The notes under the pieces were generated by a model that searched no databases, was not told where the DNA came from, and saw only the letters and a list, made by a program, of their open reading frames with translations. DNA of 32,000 nt from Patescibacteria group bacterium (lineage in GTDB: Bacteria; Patescibacteriota; Minisyncoccia; UBA6257; HR35): contig JAUQQN010000001.1 in assembly GCA_030549845.1 (NCBI GenBank), positions 180,001 through 212,000 on the forward strand, written 5' to 3'. Shown here piece after piece: positions 18,197 to 23,933 of this stretch. The position numbers were made by a program, and so were the translations under genes. Numbering within the stretch: position 1 is the stretch's first letter; each line of letters starts with the position of its first letter.

Positions 18197-18796
18197 TTAA
18201 ATTTCAGATAAAACTTCCTTTTTAATTTCTTCGAAAACTTCTTTAATAGATAGGTTAGAATTTATTAACTTCCAGTTATATCTTTTAGCAAAATAAAGAT
18301 ACCCTTCTCTAGCTTTTTTTAGAATTTCTTTTTTTTCAAATTTACTAATTTTGCTTTTTTTCTTTTTTATTTTAAGTCTTTTCAATGCTTCCTCAATATT
18401 TACATCTAATACTAGTACAAGATCAGGGGTTATATGATTCATTGCTAAGTGATTTAAATAATAAACCAAATTTTCTTCAAAAATATTTCTTAAACTCAAA
18501 TAAAATTGATAAACAAAAGTTGAAGGGAAAGATCTCTGGCATATTACTATATACCCCCTTTTTAAATAATTAGTCACTTTATCAAAATTTATTTTTCTAT
18601 CAATTAAAAATAAAAAAAACTCTATTAAGGGGCTGTTAAATTTTTTAATAAGATTTATTATTTTTTTATCTGAAGGCTCTTTTAATAATACTACTTTTCT
18701 TTTCTTGCTTTTTAAAAACTTATAAAGAAGCTCAGACTGAGTAGTAATTCCACTTCCATCTATCCCATCTATTATTATTAACCTTCCTTTCATCAA
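18197..18796 (-). CDS. tmk: Thymidylate (dTMP) kinase
   Basis: P-loop IIIDGIDGSGITTQ at the N-terminus, a size (199 aa) typical for Tmk, and a lid-like basic region. Confidence 0.8.
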   Translation of the reverse strand: MMKGRLIIIDGIDGSGITTQSELLYKFLKSKKRKVVLLKEPSDKKIINLIKKFNSPLIEFFLFLIDRKINFDKVTNYLKRGYIVICQRSFPSTFVYQFYLSLRNIFEENLVYYLNHLAMNHITPDLVLVLDVNIEEALKRLKIKKKKSKISKFEKKEILKKAREGYLYFAKRYNWKLINSNLSIKEVFEEIKKEVLSEI

Positions 18797-18807
18797 AATA
18801 TTATAAT

Positions 18808-19230
18808 CTATTCTTCAACTTTTACCCCCATGCTTTTTGCTGTACCGATTACAATCTTCATTGCCTTTTCTATATCATTCGTATTCAAATCAGGTAATTT
18901 TTCTTCAGCTATTTTTCTTATATCCTCTTTTTTCAAAACACCTACAAACTTTCTACCTGCCTCTGAGCTTCCTTTTTCAATTCCTAGATATTTTTTTATT
19001 AAAGCACTTACAGGAGGTTTCTTTAAAATAAAATCAAAGGTCCTATCTTCGTAAATAGTTATTTCCACAGGAATTTTCATTCCTTTAAATTCTTTTGAGG
19101 CTTCATTAAATTTGTTGCAAAATTCACCAATATTAATTCCATATTGAGCTAGAGATGGCCCTATTGGAGGAGCTGGAGTAGCTTCTCCTGCTGGAATGAT
19201 TAGTTTTACTTTTGCTTTTATATTTTTCAT
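18808..19230 (-). CDS. rplK: 50S ribosomal protein L11
   Basis: IKLIIPAGEATPAPPIGPSLAQYGINIGEFCNKFN is the highly conserved L11 N-terminal domain. 140 aa. Confidence 0.97.
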   Translation of the reverse strand: MKNIKAKVKLIIPAGEATPAPPIGPSLAQYGINIGEFCNKFNEASKEFKGMKIPVEITIYEDRTFDFILKKPPVSALIKKYLGIEKGSSEAGRKFVGVLKKEDIRKIAEEKLPDLNTNDIEKAMKIVIGTAKSMGVKVEE

Positions 19231-19772
19231 AATTTCTTGACTTGTAAAATATCGACTTCTACTGGTGTTTCTCGATTAAATACTGAAATCATTACTTTTA
19301 ATCTTCCTTTTTCTCTATCTACCTCTATAACTTTCCCTTGCATTCCCTTAAAGACTCCTTGTGTAATTTCTACTAAATCATTTTCTTTAATATCTGTCTC
19401 AATATGGGGTTCTTCTGGTTTCATTCTTTTTAAAATTTCCTCGATTTCTTTCTGGTCAATAGGCATAGGCGTAGTTCCTGCTCCTAAAAATCCAGTAACC
19501 TTTGGGGTATTTCTAACTAAGTACCAGGTTTCATCTGTAATTATCATATCTGCAAAAACATAACCTGGGTAGATTTTCTTTTCAACTAATTCTCTCTTTC
19601 CTCCTCTTATTTCCCATACTTTTTCTTTGGGTACTAATACATTGAAGATCTTATCTCTCATATCATAAGCTTCAGCTCTTTTCATAATGGCATCAGCAAC
19701 TATCTCTTCAAATCCAACAACTACATGAATTGCATACCAAGCTCTACCTAAATATAATCTTTGTTTTGCCAT
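19227..19772 (-). CDS. nusG: Transcription termination/antitermination factor NusG
   Basis: NGN domain (WYAIHVVVGFEE, YPGYVF) and C-terminal KOW motif (GVFKGMQGKVIEVD). ATGA overlap with rplK. Confidence 0.95.
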   Translation of the reverse strand: MAKQRLYLGRAWYAIHVVVGFEEIVADAIMKRAEAYDMRDKIFNVLVPKEKVWEIRGGKRELVEKKIYPGYVFADMIITDETWYLVRNTPKVTGFLGAGTTPMPIDQKEIEEILKRMKPEEPHIETDIKENDLVEITQGVFKGMQGKVIEVDREKGRLKVMISVFNRETPVEVDILQVKKL

Positions 19773-19805
19773 GTTTTTGACTTTTTTAATTTAATTTACT
19801 TTTTA

Positions 19806-19834
19806 ATTATAAAAAATTTCAAAAATAATATCAA
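19806..19834 (-). promoter_or_regulatory. Candidate sigma-70-type promoter for nusG-rplK
   Basis: On the minus strand: TTGATA (19834-19829), a 17-nt spacer, then TATAAT (19811-19806), about 34 nt upstream of the nusG ATG. AT-rich DNA produces such matches by chance. Confidence 0.35.
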
Positions 19835-19843
19835 TATTCAATT

Positions 19844-19864
19844 TTTCGTAATCAGGTTACGAAA
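19844..19864. repeat. REP-like palindrome copy A (TTTCGTAATCAGGTTACGAAA)
   Basis: 8-bp stem TTTCGTAA/TTACGAAA around the 5-nt loop TCAGG. Identical to copy E. Confidence 0.85.
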
Positions 19865-19935
19865 ATCTCTGCTTACTTTGTTATAATTTGTTTACAATAT
19901 TTTATAATTTGATTTATATTTATAATGTTTTCGTA

Positions 19936-19956
19936 TTTCGTAATCAGATTACGAAA
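19936..19956. repeat. REP-like palindrome copy B (TTTCGTAATCAGATTACGAAA)
   Basis: Same stem with loop TCAGA. Ends immediately before the ATG at 19957. Confidence 0.85.
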
Positions 19957-20529
19957 ATGGAAATTTTTCATATTTTCACACGAGGAGTAGAAGGAAGAGA
20001 GATTTTTAAAGACGAGGAGGATTATTTTAGATTTATCCATGATTTATATGAATTTAATAATGAAGAGGTTTCATCAAGTGCATCTTATAAATTTCAACAA
20101 ACAAAAGATTCAACTAAAAGAACAAATAATGAAAAAAGAAAATTGATAGTAAATATACATGCTTTTTGTTTAATGAAAAATCATTATCATCTTCTTTTAA
20201 CTCCTAAAACAGGAAGTTCTATATCAAAGTTTATGCATAGGTTGAATAAAGGTTATTCAAGATATTTCAATATTAAATATAATAGGAGGGGAACTTTATT
20301 TGAGAGTAGATATAAAAAGGTAAAATTAGAAAAAGAATCTCACTTTATTCACATATTATATTACATTCACCTAAATCCCCTTGATTATTACGACATAAAT
20401 TGGAGGAATGGTGAACTGAAAAATTTTAAAGAAGCTATTAATTTTTTAAATAATTATCGTTGGAGTAGTCATTTAGATTATTGGGGAGATAAAAATTTTC
20501 CTTCTATTACTCAGAGAAATTTTTTCTAA
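19957..20529 (+). CDS. REP-associated tyrosine transposase-like protein (Y1/HUH, IS200-like superfamily); C-terminus possibly frameshifted
   Basis: HUH motif in CLMKNHYHLLL, the block GTLFESRYKKVKL and a tyrosine helix LYYIHLNPL, matching the RAYT/Transposase_17 pattern. The start is placed at the ATG at 19957; the TTG at 19888 only adds a low-complexity extension. The -1 frame stays open to 20639. Confidence 0.75.
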   Translation: MEIFHIFTRGVEGREIFKDEEDYFRFIHDLYEFNNEEVSSSASYKFQQTKDSTKRTNNEKRKLIVNIHAFCLMKNHYHLLLTPKTGSSISKFMHRLNKGYSRYFNIKYNRRGTLFESRYKKVKLEKESHFIHILYYIHLNPLDYYDINWRNGELKNFKEAINFLNNYRWSSHLDYWGDKNFPSITQRNFF

Positions 20530-20665
20530 AATTTTTTAAAGGCACTAAAGGATATAAAGAATCAATTATTGAGTGGCTAAAAAGCATAAACTATAAAAAA
20601 GATAAAAACTTGCGCCAGATTTTAGTAAAGCTAGAATAAATATTTCAATCCAAAAATCTTTTTCT

Positions 20666-20686
20666 TTTCGTAATCAGATTAAGAAA
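20666..20686. repeat. REP-like palindrome copy C (decayed)
   Basis: TTTCGTAATCAGATTAAGAAA: one substitution relative to copy B (C to A at 20682) breaks a stem pair. Confidence 0.7.
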
Positions 20687-20706
20687 GTAAAGAATCTTCT
20701 CAGTTC

Positions 20707-20727
20707 TTTGGTAATCAGATTAAGAAA
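20707..20727. repeat. REP-like palindrome copy D (decayed)
   Basis: TTTGGTAATCAGATTAAGAAA: two substitutions relative to copy B. A further TTACGAA half-site lies at 20732-20738. Confidence 0.6.
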
Positions 20728-20770
20728 ATTATTACGAATAAAATAAAATTTGCTCATCAGAAACGGAGGT

Positions 20771-20791
20771 TTTCGTAATCAGGTTACGAAA
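20771..20791. repeat. REP-like palindrome copy E
   Basis: TTTCGTAATCAGGTTACGAAA, identical to copy A. Confidence 0.85.
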
Positions 20792-20807
20792 GATTAATTT
20801 TCCCGGT

Positions 20808-20828
20808 TTTCGTAATCTGATTACGAAA
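20808..20828. repeat. REP-like palindrome copy F (inverted orientation)
   Basis: TTTCGTAATCTGATTACGAAA is the exact reverse complement of copy B. It lies 16 nt from copy E, giving an inverted doublet. Confidence 0.85.
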
Positions 20829-20855
20829 TATTGATATTAATTACGAAATATTGAT
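20820..20855 (+). repeat. Direct repeat of ATTACGAAATATTGAT (2 copies, 20-nt period)
   Basis: An identical 16-mer occurs at 20820-20835 and 20840-20855. The first copy overlaps the 3' arm of copy F. Confidence 0.8.
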
Positions 20856-21029
20856 TATGTTTAATCTGGGTTGTGGATATTCAGTTAAAAAATGAAAAAA
20901 ATTTATTGAAATTTATGAGAAAATTAAGAACAAGGGACAAAACCTCTTATCATTCGGGCAATCGACTCAAGTGGCGTAGCAGGAGAAAGCAGTGTAGAAA
21001 TAATAAATGATCCTGCAGAGCTCGAAAGG

Positions 21030-21566
21030 TTGGCTCGAGATTTTCTGCTTAAGTATGCGTGTACATGGGACGGTCGAGTGGTCAGATTCGGTGATCGAGA
21101 AGACGGGCCAATTGCTAAGCCCGTTAAAGTTTACCTGTGGCCTGAAGTAATTCCTTATCACAGTATAGTAGAAAAAGCCTGTGAATTCTGGACAAGATAT
21201 ACTGGTATCCAATTCCAAGTAATAGATGTACCTACACTTCCAACTCAGATTCCATTACCTTGCATAGTAATTCTAGGAGAGCTTAACAAGTCGACCACAG
21301 CTGCGGCAATCACAAAGAAGCTATATGACTCTGCAGTTGCTCTAAAGGTTGTAGAAGGTGATATCACCCTTTACCAAGGTTGGCTGGGAGCTACCGAGGA
21401 CTGGAGGAAATTAATCCTTATTCACGAACTAGGACATGTTTTACTCACCGACCAACACACAGACAACAGAAGCATAATGGATGCACCAGCCTGGCCATAT
21501 TTTCACACATTCATACAGAAAGCGACTTGGATTTTATACCGCATGAACCCAGGAGATCCACTGTGA
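21030..21566 (+). CDS. Metzincin-like zinc metalloprotease domain protein (possibly 5'-truncated or a pseudogene)
   Basis: HELGHVLLTDQH (HExxH plus a downstream His) is followed by NRSIMD, a candidate Met-turn. The ORF has only a TTG start at 21030 and no signal peptide, and the frame is open back to 20928 without an ATG or GTG. GC is much higher than the backbone. Confidence 0.55.
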   Translation: MARDFLLKYACTWDGRVVRFGDREDGPIAKPVKVYLWPEVIPYHSIVEKACEFWTRYTGIQFQVIDVPTLPTQIPLPCIVILGELNKSTTAAAITKKLYDSAVALKVVEGDITLYQGWLGATEDWRKLILIHELGHVLLTDQHTDNRSIMDAPAWPYFHTFIQKATWILYRMNPGDPL

Positions 21567-21590
21567 AGTTTTAATTTATACATTATACAC

Positions 21591-21620
21591 GTCCCCTTAA
21601 AAGGGGACCTGTATTTTTAT
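21591..21620. terminator. GC-rich hairpin between convergent genes (likely bidirectional intrinsic terminator)
   Basis: GTCCCCTT-AA-AAGGGGAC (21591-21608, 8-bp stem) followed by CTGTATTTTTAT. It sits between the stop at 21566 (+) and the stop at 21617 (-). Confidence 0.6.
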
Positions 21621-22582
21621 TCTTCAGTAATTTCTAAAACTAAACGAGTTTTATTAGGTGAATCCCAAATTTTAACTGGTACTGTTAGTTCAGAAGTAAC
21701 GGTTGCTACTCCTGCTCCACAATCTTGCCACCCACTTCTCGTTCTGCACTTAAATTTACCTTCGCTACTATCATAATACATCATACCTTCTTGAGGATTA
21801 GAAGGTTGAGAAGAAGGAGCTAACCTTATTGCTCCAACTACCTCTAATTTAGCTTGAGGATTAGTTGTTCCTATACCTACATTATCCGAAAAGTAACTCA
21901 CAGCGTTTGGATTGACAGTTACTATGTTATATTTTGAACCATAAGCTCTCACGCCAGTTCCGTTAGGACCATATGCTACTCCATATACCCCATATGCGTA
22001 AGAAGAGGTTGCCCATCCATATACTCCAATACTTAAATATTTTTGGCTATTAGCGCTACCTATAACTCCATAAGTATAAGTAGCATTTGGAGTTATTAAA
22101 GAACTTCGTAAACCTGTAATTGTAGTGGTTGCATCATTAGTAGAATAGTAAATATCTAATTTAGCTTGAGGATCAGCTGTTCCTATACCAACTTTACCTC
22201 CAAATGGTTGAAGAATGATGTTTCTATTATCTCTAGTATATATTGTTAAAGAATTATATCCATAAGAAGAATTGGAAGAAGCATACATTAAGCCTCCTAT
22301 ATAAGTACCAGCTGAATTGATTAATTTTATATATTCGTAATTGTTATTCGTATCTACGAAACCAAATTTTAAGTTTTGAATCTGGACATTCCAACTTGTA
22401 GATGAAGGAGAGAGATTATTTCCTGATAATCTCCAATAATTAACATATGAAGGGAAGCCTCCTGGAGCTATACATATTGGTATATTTTGTGCTTGAGCAT
22501 TTAATATTGAATTGAATAATGAAAAAATAGAGATTAAAAATAATGAGACAAAAAAGGCAAAAACTATTTTATTTTTATCCAT
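21617..22582 (-). CDS. Secreted Gly/Ser/Thr/Tyr-rich protein with duplicated tail-fibre-like motifs
   Basis: Signal peptide MDKNKIVFAFFVSLFLISIFSLFNSILNAQA|Q. Two copies of VGIGT(A/T)(D/N)PQAKL(D/E) lie 104 codons apart. C-terminal MMYYDSSEGKFKCRTRSGWQDCG block with a Cys pair. Confidence 0.7.
   Translation of the reverse strand: MDKNKIVFAFFVSLFLISIFSLFNSILNAQAQNIPICIAPGGFPSYVNYWRLSGNNLSPSSTSWNVQIQNLKFGFVDTNNNYEYIKLINSAGTYIGGLMYASSNSSYGYNSLTIYTRDNRNIILQPFGGKVGIGTADPQAKLDIYYSTNDATTTITGLRSSLITPNATYTYGVIGSANSQKYLSIGVYGWATSSYAYGVYGVAYGPNGTGVRAYGSKYNIVTVNPNAVSYFSDNVGIGTTNPQAKLEVVGAIRLAPSSQPSNPQEGMMYYDSSEGKFKCRTRSGWQDCGAGVATVTSELTVPVKIWDSPNKTRLVLEITEE
21843..21880. repeat. 38-nt intragenic repeat, copy 1
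   Basis: TCTAATTTAGCTTGAGGATTAGTTGTTCCTATACCTAC matches 22155-22192 at 35/38 positions. The offset is 312 nt (104 codons). Confidence 0.85.
22155..22192. repeat. 38-nt intragenic repeat, copy 2
   Basis: TCTAATTTAGCTTGAGGATCAGCTGTTCCTATACCAAC, see copy 1. Confidence 0.85.
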
Positions 22583-22658
22583 TTTTGTTTTAAAAAATTA
22601 ATTAATAAAATTATAAAGCCAGATATTTTTTTGTCAATCAAAATTGTGGATAAGTAAA

Positions 22659-23933
22659 ATGAAGGAAGTTATAGTTGAATTTCAAAAAATTGTACCAGAA
22701 GGAAAAAGCTTAGGAAAATTTAATGGAAAAGTTGTATTTGCTTATGGAATTTTGCCTTATGAAAAGGCAAGGGTAAGAATAATTAAAGAAAAGAAAAATT
22801 ATTTAGAAGCTGAGCTTTGTGAAATTATAGAAAAATCTAAGGACAGAATTGATATTAAAGAAGACCATTATCTTTCTTGTTCTCCTTGGCAAGGATTTAA
22901 TTATGAAAAGCAGATTGAAATAAAAGAGAATTTATTAAAAGAAATTTATTTTCAATATTTAAGAAAAGAAATTGAAATAAATGATTTTGAAAAAGCCAAA
23001 AAAATATTTGGGTATAGAACAAAAATTGAATTTTCATTTTTAAAAGAAGACAAGATTTATTTAGCATTTTACAAAAGAGGAAGCAATGTAGAAAAAATCA
23101 AGCTAGAAAATGGTTGTATTTTAGGAAGCGAAAAAATGAATTTAGCTTCATTAAAAATTGTAGAAAGATTAAATAATATAAATTTTCCTTTTAAGGATCT
23201 AAAGGGATTTATGATACGAGAAAGCAAAAGATTTAACAAGCGATTGGGAGTTTTATTTTTATTAAATAAAAATATGCCTAAAATTGATTTAGTTGAAAAT
23301 TTAGATGGATTAATTTTAGTTTATTCTTTTGAGAAATCTCCTGCGTTTGTTTTTACTGAAATTTTAAATAAAATAGGCGATGAATTTTTAAAGGAAAAAA
23401 TTTTAGATTTAGAAATTTATTATGGGCCTGAATCTTTCTTTCAAAATAATATTGATCTTTTTGAAAAAGTCTTAATTGATATTAAGAATAATTGCGATAA
23501 AGTAAATAAAATTGTTGAGTTATATAGTGGAGTGGGTTCTATAATTTTAAATTTAAAAGATTATTCGAAAAAAATTTATGGAGTTGAAATTGTAAAAGAA
23601 GCTTGTGATTTTGCACAAATTAATGCTGAAATGAATAATATAAAAAATTTCAAAATAATAAATTTAGCTGCAGAAAAATTAGATTTTGAATTTTTAAAAA
23701 ATACAAATATTTTGGTTTTAGATCCACCAAGAACAGGTTTACACAAGAAAGTTATAAATTTGATACTAAGTTCTTTACCTCAAAAAATTATTTATCTTTC
23801 TTGTAATCCTATAACCCAAGCAAGAGACTATTCTCTTTTAAAAGAAAAATATAAGATTAAATTTTTAAAAGGATATGATTTTTATCCAAATACTCCTCAT
23901 ATGGAAAGTTTATTAATTTTAGAGAGAATTTAA
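22659..23933 (+). CDS. RNA (uracil-5-)-methyltransferase, RlmD/RumA/TrmA family
   Basis: N-terminal TRAM-like domain, SAM-binding VELYSGVGSI, LDPPRTGL, catalytic-Cys block YLSCNP and C-terminal DFYPNTPHMESL. The start is placed at the ATG at 22659 rather than the TTG at 22644. Confidence 0.85.
   Translation: MKEVIVEFQKIVPEGKSLGKFNGKVVFAYGILPYEKARVRIIKEKKNYLEAELCEIIEKSKDRIDIKEDHYLSCSPWQGFNYEKQIEIKENLLKEIYFQYLRKEIEINDFEKAKKIFGYRTKIEFSFLKEDKIYLAFYKRGSNVEKIKLENGCILGSEKMNLASLKIVERLNNINFPFKDLKGFMIRESKRFNKRLGVLFLLNKNMPKIDLVENLDGLILVYSFEKSPAFVFTEILNKIGDEFLKEKILDLEIYYGPESFFQNNIDLFEKVLIDIKNNCDKVNKIVELYSGVGSIILNLKDYSKKIYGVEIVKEACDFAQINAEMNNIKNFKIINLAAEKLDFEFLKNTNILVLDPPRTGLHKKVINLILSSLPQKIIYLSCNPITQARDYSLLKEKYKIKFLKGYDFYPNTPHMESLLILERI

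Larger units (their letters stand above)
19829..20855 (+). mobile_element. RAYT / IS200-like Y1-transposase unit with flanking REP-like hairpins (boundaries approximate)
   Basis: A Y1/HUH transposase-like ORF is bracketed by multiple copies of one 21-nt palindrome. The left end ATCAATATT..TTTCGTAAT (19829-19851) is an imperfect inverted match to ATTACGAAATATTGAT (20820-20835, repeated at 20840-20855). Confidence 0.55.

Noticed and set aside
19237-19563. 108-aa plus-strand ORF, and similar ORFs such as 391-606, 835-1080, 3763-3981, 6199-6441, 6463-6741, 7684-7977, 9034-9234, 10053-10406, 11353-11544, 18830-19054, 25560-25769, 26547-26747, 26908-27141, 27222-27509, 28256-28441, 28923-29183, 29202-29420 and 29421-29606
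   Set aside because: All lie antisense to, and entirely inside, well-supported conserved genes. They have F/L/S/I-rich low-complexity translations typical of shadow ORFs in AT-rich DNA.
19888-19956. TTG-initiated N-terminal extension of the transposase ORF (MFTIFYNLIYIYNVFVFRNQITK)
   Set aside because: The extension is low-complexity, runs through promoter-like TATAAT boxes and REP copy B, and the conserved family N-terminus begins at MEIFHIFTRG. The ATG at 19957 is preferred.
19844-20828. Could the repeated 21-mers be a small CRISPR array?
   Set aside because: The repeats are perfect palindromes, irregularly spaced (about 16 to 800 nt) and occur in both orientations. One spacer would be a whole transposase gene, and no cas genes are present. 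The pattern fits REP elements, not CRISPR.
20892-21010. Short ORFs (MKKIY*, and MRKLRTRDKTSYHSGNRLKWRSRRKQCRNNK*) upstream of the metzincin-like ORF as a possible frameshifted N-terminus
   Set aside because: Neither encodes a signal peptide or anything protease-like. Joining them to the main frame would need an arbitrary frameshift with no homopolymer to justify it.
21013-21038. Cluster of common restriction sites (CTGCAG overlapping GAGCTC, then CTCGAG) resembling a cloning polylinker at the start of the GC-rich ORF
   Set aside because: It is only three sites, embedded in a continuous open frame, with no vector-like sequence around. This is most likely chance in GC-richer DNA. An assembly or contamination check of the island is still advised (see the island finding).
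20967-21218. 83-aa minus-strand ORF in the GC-rich island
   Set aside because: It overlaps the metzincin-like ORF antisense and has no motif or signal. The plus-strand frame carries the recognisable HExxH/Met-turn signature.
21380-21574. 64-aa alternative-frame ORF on the plus strand
   Set aside because: It is nested in another frame of the metzincin-like ORF. Its His/Arg/Thr-rich translation has no recognisable features.
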